A stretch of DNA of 64,000 bases from Chiloscyllium plagiosum. Taxonomy: Eukaryota. Location of the stretch: NCBI RefSeq assembly GCF_004010195.1, contig NC_057718.1, positions 5,871,110 to 5,935,109 of the forward strand. Reading direction: 5' to 3'. Of this stretch, positions 25,927 to 39,050 are shown piece after piece (position 1 is the first letter of the stretch; the number at the start of each line of letters is the position of its first letter). A model generated the notes under the pieces. That model worked only from the letters and a program-made list of their open reading frames with translations, ran no database searches and had not been told where the DNA came from. The translations under genes were made by a program, and so were the position numbers.

Positions 25927-26564
25927 TGTTATGGACCAGGCCATACCCCTCAAAAAATTTCAAGAAGGTATCCCAGACCTTAACATTGCTAGTTGTTTTA
26001 AGCAGATATAACATGGATATTCCAGGGGAGAATCAGTTGGTCAAACCATTTAAGTTTTAAACAAACAGAATTTATTTACAAGATTACTGAATGAAACACA
26101 AACAGCAGAAAACAGAACACCAAATAGCTTAACCTATCCGAAAACCCAACAGATCATCCCAACTTAATGATGCTGTTCCAAATACTTTCAACAATCCCCA
26201 TAAACAACTCTTGGCACAAAAGGTAAAATCAAATCCAGGGTCTTACAGGAAAGAAGTCAGAGAGAGAGGGAGTGCCAGCCTGGGCCTGCTTCTGTGGGTC
26301 CAGCAGCTTTTCCATGCTACTGTTCAAAACCAAACCAAACCAGAGAAAAGCTAAGCTGGGAGAACTGGCCACTCCCTTTCATTGTACAAGTGTTCTTGTT
26401 CTAAAACTTGAAAGCCTTCTACCTGAGGCAGTATATGTTAGCTATTCTCAAATTGGCCCTGAAACTCTTCAACCTCAGACGTTTCGGAGTCTGTTGTTTA
26501 CAACCTCTCTGAAAAATAAAATCTAAGGGCAATATAATCTTAGTAAAGGAGCAGCTTCGTCACA
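25927..26564 (-). mobile_element. Solo LTR (Gypsy-type)
   Basis: TGT...ACA termini and 4-bp TSD AACC (25923-25926, 26565-26568). AATAAA on the minus strand near 26070. Confidence 0.8.
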
Positions 26565-26999
26565 AACCTCATTAACTATGATTATCGATAAAACACTCAA
26601 CCGGACATGCTTCCTCTTGAGGAAAGTTTAAATGTTTCCCCTTCTTTATTCAACCCCTCTCTACATTGGCTACAACAGTGTTAATTTGAAATGAATCACT
26701 TCTGTTGTGAGTATCTTTTCTCAGCCCAGCTGTATTTGTTTTCTAATAGGTACAAAGTTACTCAACATTTCCTAATTGAAATTCTTAGATACTAAAACAT
26801 ATAAAAAATTATAATACTTTTATATACTCTTCTAAACTTTTCTTCTACCAGTGCCTTTTCTGTTTCCTCTTCCCTGTCTTCCCCTTCTTTTTCAATTTTG
26901 TTGACATTTTACATAATTCATCTCTTTCCCTGATGATCTCTATTTCAGCCACCCTTCTCTGCAATCTCTTTTGTTTTCCCCTTTTTCTGAATATAGATA

Positions 27000-27325
27000 G
27001 AAACCCTACAGTGAGGAAGCATCCCATTACATCCACACTGATCCTCCAAAGATCATCCGTCCCAGACATCCTCCAATCCCGCATTTTTGATGGTTAACCC
27101 ACCTAGCCTACACATACCTGGACATTATGGACAATTTTGCATGGCCAATTCACCCAGGCTTTACATTTTTGGACAGTAGGAGGAAACTAGAGCACCCAGA
27201 GATAGCCTGTGCAGACACAAGGAGAACACACAAACTCTACACAGACAGTTGCCCGAGGCTGGAATCGAACTAGAGTCTCAATCACTGTAAGACATCAGTG
27301 CTAAGCACTGAGCTACAATGCTGCC
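27000..27325 (-). mobile_element. Degenerate HE1 SINE
   Basis: ggaggaaactagagcacccag V-domain and tRNA head on the minus strand. Confidence 0.8.
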
Positions 27326-29014
27326 TAGTCATCCATCTCTGGGCCAAATAGACCTGGGCCAGATAGACCTGGCCCAGGCATGTGTCTATAACAAGTTGGT
27401 GTAAAAATAGCCTCCTAATCTTTATCATTCCATTTAGCAATGCTATAGAATGACAGTTGCCTGAGATTGTTACTTTCCCGATAATGTTACAATTTTCCTC
27501 AGTTCCCAGTTCTTTCTCATATTTTCCAGTATTGGTCTTGTACATATTGCTTGCCCTTATACTTATCCAAAATTCTCTTATGTTTATTGTACACTGTTCC
27601 TCTATGTTTTGCATACATCTTTCACATTATGCCTATTTACTCTGTAGGTATGGCCATATATGTTTTCATCCATATTTCTCCTTTTTTCTCTCTCTCCTTT
27701 CCCTTTTGCAGTTTCTGTGTCTCTCTGATTACTACATTATTTTTTTCTCTCTCTTTTTTAACCTCAGAAGTGCCATCACACACAGCCAATTGCCTTTTCC
27801 CAAATCCACTATGCCAATTTTTACTTCCTGACCATCACCAGTAAATCACCAGTGTTTCCAGTTGATTAATTAACATGCAAAGCCTATTAAGGACATCAAA
27901 GATAAAGGAGAGGTAGGGAGGGAGGGGGCTAAATCCAGATGAAGTTGATGTGGAAATGAAGCACTCCCACTCTTGTGCAGCGGCCACCTTCAATCTCTGC
28001 ATTATTCCTGTGTCTATTCCACCCTTCACCTGAATCTATAAATGTTGAAATATGGGTAATGAGAAATCATCAGAGAAAATGACCTGTTTGGATGGTTTAC
28101 AGGTGTAGATCCAACTGACTGTATAGCTTTTGCTGTTCTGTAGGGCTCTTGTAGCATAGTGGTAGTATCCCCACCTCTGGGCCAGATAGACCTGTTTTCA
28201 AGTTCCACTCTCTAACAAGGTGGTATAGAAATAGCCTCCTGTTCTGTATCATTCCATTTCTCAATGTTATGTAATGATCGTTGCCTTAAAAGTTCGTTAT
28301 AATCTGGTGTCTAATCAAAGAATTCAGACAATTTGGTTGTTGAATACTTGATGCCTGAGAATGAATTAGAAGTTGCAATCTAACTGAGGGAGTACAGAGA
28401 GTTGATATGTAGAATAATGTATACCTGGATTAAGCTCCAGGCTGGAATCTAATCTGAATGTTAAAATGTTGCTATAAACCAATTAAGAAATAGCTGTAAT
28501 TGGCTGTAGACTTGGAATCACTTTCTCATATCTGTTTTTATTTGCAGCATAATATGTTTGTGTTTGAAGTGGAGCTATTTTCTTTTCTTTTCTGGTCAAG
28601 TTTATGAGCATGATGTAATCTCTCAAATCTAACCCGAGTGATCAATGTTCTCCACAACCTTGATGTGTGATGATGTTTACAAAGGCGGATTAACCATTGT
28701 GAAATTATTATTTAGAGCTTATTTATGCACAGTCTGCAGATGATTACAGGCAAATTCTTAGTCTGGTTTATATTTTCTACTTGTTATATGGTTTCGATTA
28801 GATCTTGTTTGTACTGGTTCATCACTGCGAAACACAATATTGTTAGCATCACTCCAAATGTAGGGTGTGGAGTGCACCAGCATCAACAGTTCTAAATACA
28901 CTCAGACAACTCAATAAAAGTCCACATTAACCGTTATGGTGCCAGGGGCAAAGTTCCATTTCAAACCATCCTGATTTCTATGGCCATTGATGAGATCCTT
29001 TGAGTGACATCAGT

Positions 29015-29510
29015 CATAAGAACATCATAACGAAGAGCAGGAGTAGACCATCCGGCCCCTCGAGCCTGCTCCGCATTCAATAAGATTGTGGCTGGTCTTT
29101 TCATGGCCTCAGCTCCATGTACCCGCCCTCTATCCATAACCCCTAATTCCTTTACTGTTCAAAAATCTAACATCACTTTAAAAACATTCAACAACGTAAC
29201 CTCAACTGCTTCATTGGGCAGGGAATCCACAACTCCTCAACTCTGTCCCAAATCTGCTCCCCCTTAACTTGAGGCTGCGCCCCTAGTTCTAATTTCGCCC
29301 ACCGATCAATACAACCTCCCGCTTCTCTCTTATCTATTCCCTTCATAATTTTATTAAATCCCCCCAATTCTTCAAAATTCCAATGAGTATAGTCCCAGCC
29401 TACTCAATCTCTTATTATAAGCTAACCCTCTCAATCCCAGAGTTAACCTCGTGTACCTCCTTTGCATCCACTCCAGTACAAGTACATCTTTTCTCAAGTG
29501 AGGAGACCAG
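29015..29510 (-). mobile_element. CR1 3' fragment
   Basis: cataagaacatcataa tail, 3' UTR and ORF2 C-terminal remnant. Confidence 0.8.
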
Positions 29511-30549
29511 TACACAAGATCATTTCAGTGAAAGAAAATTTGATTTCACATACTGGAAGGATGCCAAACCAGCCTATCAGTGTCCTGTCCTCAATTCCCT
29601 TACTTTACAATCAGTTACAGCTTTAGACAAGACTTTAAGGTTGTTTTATATGGGACCTTCTGAATTCCAGTTTGTCCTACGTTTGGATTAATCCTGACCT
29701 TAATTTGACAAAAGTCAGATGTCTCCTAATATTTCATATTCCTCTTATTTCTATCATCAATGCAGCAAAATTTTGAAAAGGCAGCTAGTATAATCTTTGT
29801 TCCTTTGATACCAGCTAGTTGGACAACCACCTCCTCTGCATTGTCATCAATAGTAACAAAGCCTTCTATTGTGTGGGTCTGGTTGTCTGGCCATTCCCCT
29901 TCAGTGCTGTATATCAATCCCATAATTCAAATGTTAAGTCAACATATGGTTTGCTCACTCAGTTGCATGTAGAAGCAAGTCAAACACAAGCAGAGAGATT
30001 GACATATTCATCCCTCAATGAATACAACTAAAACAAGGAATCTTTCTCGCTCCTGTTTCTAAGGGCCTTATTGCATGCAAATTGGCTGTGTATGTGCTTG
30101 AACGATAATTAGAACCATCCTTTAGGAAACAGATTTCACTGTCATACATGCATTTGCTCTTCTTATTTTCAAATTTTTCCACCACAACCTCCTCCTTTGG
30201 CTGAAACATCAGTGATGCTCCAAATCTCGCCTTTCCAGACTTACCAGCTTTTCCCATTCTCATTCTGTGAGGGACGACAGGATTATACCCATTAAGTGAA
30301 AATTTCGAGATAAACTCAAGTTGTTGCTGTTGTTGGTTGTGTAAATTTCCTTCTGTAAAAGTGTGCTATATTGTGATTTTTATTGATTATATGGAAAAAG
30401 GTATGAGAAAACTAACATAAACTTGGAGGAAAAAATGGATAATGGATGTGATCTCTTTTAATACATGGTTGGCTCAGAATTCAAAAATTAATGTACAATA
30501 TTCTACAATCCCTAACCTCCATATTGACTTCCTTTGCCAGGTATCCACC

Positions 30550-32150
30550 TCACTTACAGTGCTAGAAAAGCTAATAGATCTAAAAATTGATAAATCTCCT
30601 GGCCCCAATGGGCTACATTCTAGAGTTCTAAGGGAGGTGGCTGAGGAAATATCGGAGGCATTGGTTGTGATCTTTCAAAAGTCACTGGAGTCAGGGAAAG
30701 TCCTAAATGATTGGACAATCACTGTTGTAACCCCCTTGTTCAAGAAAGGATCAAGACAAAAGATGGAAAATTATAGGCCGATTAGCCTAACCTCGGTTGT
30801 TGGTAAAATTCTAGGATCCATCGTTAAGGATGAGATTTCTAAATTCTTGGAAGTGCAAGATCGGTTCAGAACAAGTTTGCATAGATCTAGTAAGGGGAGC
30901 TCGTGCCTGACAAACCTGTTAGAACTCTTTGAAGAGGTAACAAGTAGGGAAACCCAGTGGGTGTTATCTATCTAGACTTCCAAAAGGCCTTTGATAAGGT
31001 GTCTCACAAGAGGCTGCTGAGTAAGATGATGGCCCATGGTGTTCGAGGTGAGCTACTGGTATGGATTGAGGATTGGCTGTCTGACAGAAGGCAGAGAGTT
31101 GGGATAAAAGATTCTTCTTCGGAATGGCAGCCGGTGACAAGTGGTGCCCTGCAGTGTTCAGTGTTGGGGCCGCAGCTGTTCACTTTATATATGAATGATC
31201 TGGATGAAGGGACTGGGGGCATTCTGGCAAAGCTCACCGATGCTCCGAAGTTAGGCGGACAGGCAGGTAGTACTGAGGAGGTGAGGAGGCTGCAGAAAGA
31301 TTTAGGAGAGTGGTCCAGGAGATGGCTGATGAAATTTAGTGTGAGCAAATGAGACGTTTGCACTTTGGAAAAAAGAATACAGGCATGAACTATTTTCTAA
31401 ACAGTGAGAAAATTCATAAAGCCAAAGTACAAAGGGATCTGCGAGTGCTAGTCCAGGATTCTCTAAAGGTTGATTTGCAGGTTGAGTCCATGATTAAGAA
31501 AGCGAATGTAATGTTGTTGTTTATCTCAAGAGGATTGGCATATAAAAGCAGCGATGTGTTTCTGAGACTTTATAAACCTCTAGTTAGGCCCCATTTAGAA
31601 TACTTTGTCCAATGTTGGGTCCCACACCTCAGGAAGGACACACTGGCACTGGAGCGTGTCCAGCGGAGGTTCACACGGATGATCCCCAGAATGGTAGGTC
31701 TAACATATGATGAACGGCTGAGGATCCTGGGATTGTATTCATTAGAGTTTAGAAGGTTGAAGGGAGATCTAATATGAACTTACAAGATAATGCATGGCTT
31801 AGAAAGAGTGGACACTGGGAAATTGTTTCCATTAGGTGGGGAGACTAGGACCCGTGGGCACAGCTTTAGAATTAGAAGGGGTCAATTTAGAATGGAAATG
31901 AGGAGACATTTTTTCAGCCAGAGAATGGTGGGCCTGGGGAATTCATTGGCATGGAGTGCAGTGGAGGCCGGGATGTTAAATGTTTTCAATGCAGAAATTG
32001 ATAAATTCTTGATCCCGCAAGAAATTAAGGGCTACGGGGAGAGTGCAGGTAAGTGGTGTGGAAACACCCATCAGCCATGATTAAATGGTGGAGTGGACTT
32101 GATGGAACAATTGGCCTTACTTCCACTCCTATGTCTTATGGTCTTATAGT
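30550..32150 (+). mobile_element. 5'-truncated CR1 LINE with frameshifted RT
   Basis: KSPGPNGLH...NYRPISLTSVVGKIL...YLDFQKAFDKV...SVLGPQLFTLYMNDL...LVRPHLEY...TRGHS...FFSQR, with a tcttatggtcttat tail. Confidence 0.95.
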
Positions 32151-32204
32151 CTTATTTATCCATAACAATAAAGCATAGAATACGTCATTAATAGTGCTAA
32201 TGCA

Positions 32205-32842
32205 ACAATTTGTTTGGTATGCTTGCCTTTATTGATCAGTGCATTGACTACAGGAGTTGGGATGTGACTTGTGGCTGTACAGGACACTGGTTAGGCCACT
32301 TTTGGAAGACTCTGTTCAATTCTGGTCTCCCTGTAATTGGAAAAATATTGTTAAACTTGAAAGGGTTCAGAAAAGATTGGCAAGGATGTTACTAGGGTTG
32401 GAGGGTTTGTGCAACAGGGAGAGGTTGAATAGGCTGGGGCTGTTTTCCCTGGAGCATCAGAAGCTGAGGGGTAACCTTACAGGAGTTTACAAGATCATGA
32501 AGGGTATGGATAAGGTGAATAGCCATGGTCATTTTGCAGGGTATGGGAGTCCAAAACTAGAGAACATAGGTTTAAGATGAGGGAGGCGGGGGGGAAGAAA
32601 GACTTATAAGGGATCTAAGGAGCAATTTATTCATGCAGAGGGTGGTGTGTGTATAGAATGAGTTGTCAGAGGAGGTGGTGGAAGCTGGTAAAATTACAAC
32701 ATTTAAAAGGCATCTGGATGCGTATATGAATAGGGATATGGACCAAATGCTGGCAAATGGGACTGATTAATTTAGAACATTTGGTTAGCATGGATGAGTT
32801 GGACTGATGGGTTTATTTCCATGCTGTACATCTCTATGACTC
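32205..32842 (+). mobile_element. CR1 3' fragment
   Basis: LYRTLVRPLLE...QFWSP...LERVQKR...LGLFSLE, with a ctctatgactc tail. Confidence 0.9.
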
Positions 32843-32879
32843 GAGTAACATTCACTGATGTTCACATTGGTTCCTAATC

Positions 32880-33530
32880 TGCTAAACCCATTACAGCCTT
32901 AGTCCAAACATGGACAAAACAGCTGAATTCCAGAGGTGAGATGAGTGTTTGCTTTTAACATCAAAGCAGCAGTTGACCAAATATGGCATTAAAGGGTACT
33001 AGAAAAAATTGTCAGTGGAAATGAAGGGGAAATGCTTTGGTGGTGGAGTCATTTCTAGCACAAGGGAAGATAGGGGTTGTGATTGAGGGAAGGTCAATCA
33101 TTTTAGCTCACAGAACATCTCTGGAGAAGTTCCTCAGGTTACAATCTGAGCCCAACCATCTTCAGCTGCTTCACCAATGACCTCCCTTTTATCACAGCTT
33201 CCGAAGTTGAGATATTGACTGACGATTGCCCAATGTCCAGCACCATTTTTGACTCCTCAAATAGTGAAGCAGTCCATGTCCAAATGTAACAAAACCTGGG
33301 CGGTATTCAGACTTGGGTTGGCAAGCAGCAAGTAAATTTATGCCATACAAGTGCCAGACAGTGACCAACTCCAAGCATTGCCATTTGACATTCAATGGCA
33401 TTACCATTGTTAAAATCACCATAATCAGCATCATGGAGTACGAATTAACCAGAACAGTAGGTTGCACCAGCAATGTAAATATAGTGGCTGCAAAAACATG
33501 TTAGAGATTGGGAATTCTGCGCTGATTGTG
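32880..33530 (+). mobile_element. CR1/L2-group LINE (second family) RT fragment
   Basis: Decayed VPQ...PTIFSCFTNDL-type RT segment; homologous to 20420-20620. Confidence 0.65.
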
Positions 33531-34122
33531 TTGGGAATAGATTATCATTATTCAACTTTTATCATTGGAATTTGTATTTGAGGTATTCACGCTGGTTGTA
33601 AGAAGGGCATTGTTAATGTAACACAATTGTTGTAATCAGCTGACAATCCCAGGTAACCCGTGTGGAATATATGAAACCAACCATATTAGAATTACTGTTT
33701 TAATTAAGAGAAACCAAAAGACAGTGAGGCATTAAGTTTGCATCACTCACAGTAGCATGATAAATTTGCATATCATTAGATTAAAGGAGACCTACAGAGT
33801 ATTTAGTCTGTAAATAACAATTAAGTTTGATTTGGAAAGTACAAATGGACAATATTCAATTAGGTTGGTTAAAGGAGCAAAGAGAGAGAAAGCAATATGA
33901 ACTGATGACAGTGGGGATACTGATTGTTGTTCTTTCTATCTCCATGGCAGATGGTGGAATTTGATTTCAATATAAATATGGAACTAAGTGTCTAATAATG
34001 ATCATGAAACCATTATTGATTGTTGGAAAAACCCATCTGGTTCACTAGTGTCCTTGAAAGAAGGAAACTGCCATCCTTACCTGGTCTGGCCTACATGTGA
34101 CTCCAGACCCACAGCAAGGTGC

Positions 34123-34470
34123 TGTGATGATACTATGGCTTTAAGAGATGTATTTTTCCCTTTTTCTTTGAAGAGAGATTTAAAGCCATAGGTGCAAAAC
34201 TGTCTATTCAAAGCCAATAAAGTAAATAGCATGTGAAAGCTTGTTTTTTTTTAAAGTTAGGACAATAGTAGCAGCATGAATGGGTGAAGTCAGGCTCCCA
34301 CAGAACCAGGGTTTTAGTTTAACTTATAACATTTGTTGGGATCTTGAAGTTGGATGTGGAAGCTGTTATGTCTCTCTCTGTTACAGCTAAAAGCTTGAGT
34401 TCATTTTCTGCTGCCAGAATCGTATGTGAGACAATCTATTTTACTGAGTTTGCCTTTGCTAAGTGTTTTC
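34123..34470 (+). mobile_element. Probable LTR fragment inserted into a family-2 SINE
   Basis: Begins TGTGATGA exactly where the SINE (33940-34122) breaks off. LTR identity is inferred from general resemblance only. Confidence 0.4.
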
Positions 34471-35342
34471 CAGTGTCTTTTAAATGTTGTAACTGTGCCC
34501 ACATCGACCACTTCCTTAGAAGGTTCATTCCACACACAAACCACTCTCTGTGTAAAGAATGTGCCCCTCATGTTTTTTTATTTTCTTTAGATTGGTTAGT
34601 ACAATTGTAAAGTGGCCTGTCCAATTGCTGTTGTCGAGAAGGCTGATGATGAAAGTCCTCAAAGTTTACTTTCGCTCCCGCAGAGGCAAGTGCCACTGAC
34701 TACAGTAAAGGTAAAGTGGCCATGGTCCTCTTGCACTGTAGTCCTGCTCTCCCATTAACGAGAGACAACTGGTGGTGAGTTTAACCTGAGGGCCACCATA
34801 CCTCATGTGACAAGACAAGTTTGAGAAAGTGTGCCCTTCACTGTGACCTCAGCCAGGACGGGAACTGAAACCACATTGTTGGTGTTACAAACCTGTACTG
34901 ACTATGAGGAGCAAATGCCAGTCCAAGAGCATACCAGCTCGTGTCAGAGGTGAGTAGGAAAATAATTCTGAACCTTAAAGAAAGGATGTCACCAGAAAAA
35001 TGTAATGTAGGAATGGCTAAACAGCTCACCTTTGACCAGCACTGAAGATTGAACCAGCTAGAGAAACCTTTTGTGAGGCGGCTCTGCACAAAGCATTCCG
35101 AAGATCCATGCTGAGTAAACCAGACTCCAGATGAGATTTCCCAAGATATTAATGTTCCAGATGGGATACCCCCAAACTGTCGAGCTCCCTTGTGAGCAGG
35201 AACAAAGTGGACCCCTCCCTTCCTCTATTCACCCACCCTTTGGTCCGTCACATTCATTTTCAAAGGACACCCTTCCTTCTCCCAGACCAAACTCATTTAT
35301 GTTTGAAAAGGAGACAACTTAACCAGACTATCTTGAGTTAAT

Positions 35343-35729
35343 GAAGTTAAAACTAACATAACATCAGCTTACTGTGCAACAGGTTTATTTGGAAACACTA
35401 GTTTTCAGAGCATTGCTCCTTCATGAGATGGTTGTGTAGTATAATATCACAAGACACAAAATTTATAGCAAAATTTTACAGTGTGATGCAACTGAAATTA
35501 TATAATGAAAAAGACCTGGATTGTTTGTTAAGTCTCTCATCTCTCATCTTTTTCAATGTGTAATTTCAGTTACATCACACTGTAAAGTTTTGCTATGAAT
35601 TTCTGTGTCTTATGATCTTATGCTCCACAACCACCTGATGAAGGAGCAGCGCTCCGAAAGCTAGTACTATAACCTGGTGTTGTGTGATTTTTAACTTTGT
35701 AAACACCAGTCCAACACTGGCACCTCCAA
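35343..35729. mobile_element. PLE family B inverted-repeat insertion
   Basis: Long inverted arms, flanked by the 13-bp repeat atcttgagttaat (35330-35342, 35730-35742). Confidence 0.85.
35632..35666 (+). ncRNA. Minimal hammerhead ribozyme motif
   Basis: CTGATGA-A-GGAGC-AGC-GCTCC-GAAAG-CTA, with AGCT palindromic stem III. Confidence 0.75.
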
Positions 35730-37169
35730 ATCTTGAGTTAATAAAATACAGGTAGTGAGTTTATTATCTACTTAGTGTGAGAAGAAATAAGGTCAAAAAA
35801 ACACATACACAGATTAAAAGTAAGAAGTGAGTCAAAAAGTATAGAAATTATAAACGATACAGGTTGTTCTCTCAATGATTTGTGAAAAGTAAATGGAAGA
35901 GATTTGCAGCATAGGATAATTGTCACCAGTCATGATGTTGGTAGTTGTATAGTGGATTTCACAATGCTTAACTATGCAGGTCGATCGAAATTCTTTTGCT
36001 CCGGGTCCTTCCGACATTGTCTGATTGACCTCATTCAGAGCGAGAGAGTATCTTTTCCCTTTCTTTTTGCCTGATTTGCAGGCTTATTTAATGGCTTCTC
36101 TCAGAACTGTAATCTCACAGTACATGACTCCACACACTTAAACATCCAGGCTGTTAACCTAAACTCCCAAATCTCTTTGGACACCCACTGTATTTTCCTT
36201 CAAACAGGTCTTTAAAGGAACAAGTAGCTAAGCTATCAAATCAAATGCAGAACTCAAAAACTGGAGAGAATACATTAATGTATTTATTTATTAATTAATT
36301 AACTTGGACATTGTCTGGCTGAATGCCGATCCTTGACTCATTGTCTGCTGATCCTTCATCTCAAGTCATTTTCTTGGTGGTTCTCACCAGTGGTGGTTTG
36401 CCATTCCCCTTGCTGTCAGGGACAGGTTGAGGAGACAGGGCTAACAGTCTAACAGAATGTGAATCAACCTCTTGCTGTTAGTTTACCATTCAGCAACTGA
36501 GTTATCTATCCTCTTTTGTTGAAATAAATTGAAAGATTGTGCCCACTTCCTTGCCCCAGGAATTTAACAGAGGTTTCGACCATTCATACCCACGCAGTTA
36601 CCATCGCTGCAGTTCAAGATAGTCAGATACCATTCAGGCTGATAAGGCAATTGACCATTGAAAATTCACTCCTTTGAATGCAGTTACTGAGACTGCTGTA
36701 AATTTATTTCTCTCTATTTGAATTGAGCCGTTCATTTTTAATACTTTGACATTGCTTGGTTCAGAATCAATCACTTGAAAATGTATCAAGAAAAAACCAG
36801 CTTAACAGATTTGGTTGCTCTGCTGATTAATCAGTTTTTCTTTGGAAAGCAAGATCATTACAGCTTAAAGTGCTACCATTGCTTTTTTCATGTCTAATGT
36901 CTGTATTGAGAGAGCTTCTTGACACTGTTATTCTGATAGAATTAGCAGCCATGTCAAAACAGGTAGACTGATTAGGAAGAGTCAGCACAGATTTCAACTT
37001 GCTGGTGTTTTTGGAAGAGTGAACAGAAGTGGTTGATAAGGATTTCCCTGTTGATGTCATGTATGTGAGCTTCCACAAAGTATTTAATGCATTGCCACAA
37101 ACAGACTTGTGACAAATGTATAGCTCATGGGCTAAAAGGGTCAGAAGCAATGTGGATAAAAACTTTTAA

Positions 37170-37940
37170 AAGACCAAAAGAACCGCGGGTGCTGGAAATC
37201 AGAAATAAAAAGAGAAATTGCTGGAAAAGCTCAGCAGGTCTGGCAGAATCTGTTGAGAGAAATCAGAGTTGGCATTTTGGGTCTTCTTCAGAACTGATGA
37301 TAGCTCAGAAGATGTTGGTTTTTATGCAGAAGATAGGGTGGGAGGAGGGGCTAAGGAATAAGCGATAGGCAGATATAGAGCCCAAAGAGAGAGAAGAACA
37401 GTTGGACAGACAAAGGAGTGGTTAATGATCTGGCTGGGAGGGTGAATAGCTGTTAATGGGGATTGTTAGTGACTAACAATAGGGAACTGAGCAGGAGTCA
37501 TTCGACCTGAAACATAACTGTGGGCAGCACGGTGGCACAGTGGTTAGCACTGCTGCCTCACAGCGCCAGAGACCCGGGTTCAATTCCCGCCTCAGGCGAC
37601 TGACTGTGTGGAGTTTGCACGTTCTCCCCGTGTCTGCGTGGGTTTCCTCCGGGTGCTCCGGTTTCCTCCCACACTCCAAAAATGTGCAGGTCAGGTGAAT
37701 TGGCCATGCTAAATTGCCTGTAGTGTTAGGTGCAGGGGTAAATGTAGGGGAATGGGTCTGAGTGGGTGCGCTTCGGCGGGTCGGTGTGGACTTGTTGGGC
37801 CGAAGGGCCTGTTTCCACACTGTAAGTAATCTAATCTAATCTAATAACTCTGATTTCTCTCCACAGGTGCTGAGAGATCTGCTGAGCTTATCCAGCAATT
37901 TCTGTTTTTGTCTCTGGTATACACCATTCGCAGTTTTTAT
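37170..37940. mobile_element. PLE-type repeat family C (inverted pair) with nested HE1
   Basis: aattgctggaaaagctcagcaggtctggcag arm plus an inverted arm at about 37845-37935. The family also occurs at 8490, 17630, 41420, 45420, 52850 and 63935. Confidence 0.7.
37522..37844 (+). mobile_element. HE1 SINE, near-intact
   Basis: A/B boxes, V-domain and (TAATC)n tail. Confidence 0.95.
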
Positions 37941-38736
37941 GGCTTTTATTAGAGAATAATAGTCAATGGATATTTCAGTGGACGTCCCCAGGGTCAGCAA
38001 GAGGTCACCTTGCTTGTCCTGATCTATATTGATGATCAAGATCTTGGTGTGTAGGTGACAATATCAAAGTTTGAGACTGATATAGAATTTGGAAGCATTG
38101 TCAAATGCAAAGAGGACAGTATGGAATTTCAAAAGGACACTGATAAGTTTGTGGCAGGGACAGATAGGTGGCAGATGAATTTCAATGTGACGAAGTGTGA
38201 GCTGATATATTATGGGAGGAAGAATGTGGGGGTATAACTCTAAGAGGGATGCCACAAAGGTGTTTGTGTGCACAGATCATTGAAGATAACAGAACTCCTG
38301 AAGAGAGCAGTCTTAAATATACAGATTTTGGGCTTCATAATAGGGGCAGACAGTACAATAGTAATGAGGTGTTTTTGAACTTATATATGACATCTACTAG
38401 CAGACTCGAGGGGGCTGAACAGTCTACTCCTGTTTCTGTTTATTCTGGTCTTATGGTTTTATAGACCTCAGCTGGAATAGTGTGGGTGCTAGGTTATCAG
38501 AAAGATGTGAATAAATTGGAGAAAACACAAAAGCGATTCATAAGAATGGTTCTAGAAATGAGAAACATTAGTCATAAGGATGGATTGAAGTTAGACTGTT
38601 GTCCCTGGAGACAAGAAGGCTGGAAGAAGATTTGATAAAAGTTTTCAAAGTTGTGAGTGGGTTGGATACAGTAAATAAGGAGAAAATATTTCTGCTCAGA
38701 AAAGAAACAAGAACGAGGGGGCACAGGCTTAAAGCA

Positions 38737-39050
38737 AGGCAGCAGAGTGGTTAGCACTGCTGCCTCACAGTGCGAGGGACCTCAGCTCGATTCTACCCTC
38801 AGGCAACTGTCTGTGTCGAGTTTGCACGTTCTCTCTATGTCCTTGTGGGTATCCTCTGGGTGCTCTGGTTTCCTCCCACAGTCCAAGATGTGCAGATTAG
38901 GGTGAATTTGTCATGCTAAATTGCCCATAAGTGTCCAGGGATGTGTAGGTTTGGTGGAATGGCCATGGGTAAATGCAGGGTTACAGGGAGAGTGTGGGTC
39001 TGGGTGGGATGCCCTTTAGAGATTTCGTGTAGAATCCATGGGCTGAATGG
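38737..39050 (+). mobile_element. Degenerate HE1 SINE
   Basis: gtggttagcactgctgcctcacag head and V-domain. Confidence 0.85.

Noticed and set aside
29726..29923. Protein-like ORF GEWPDNQTHTIEGFVTIDD
   Set aside because: No convincing splice-site pair and no recognisable family; both strands are open at lengths expected by chance.
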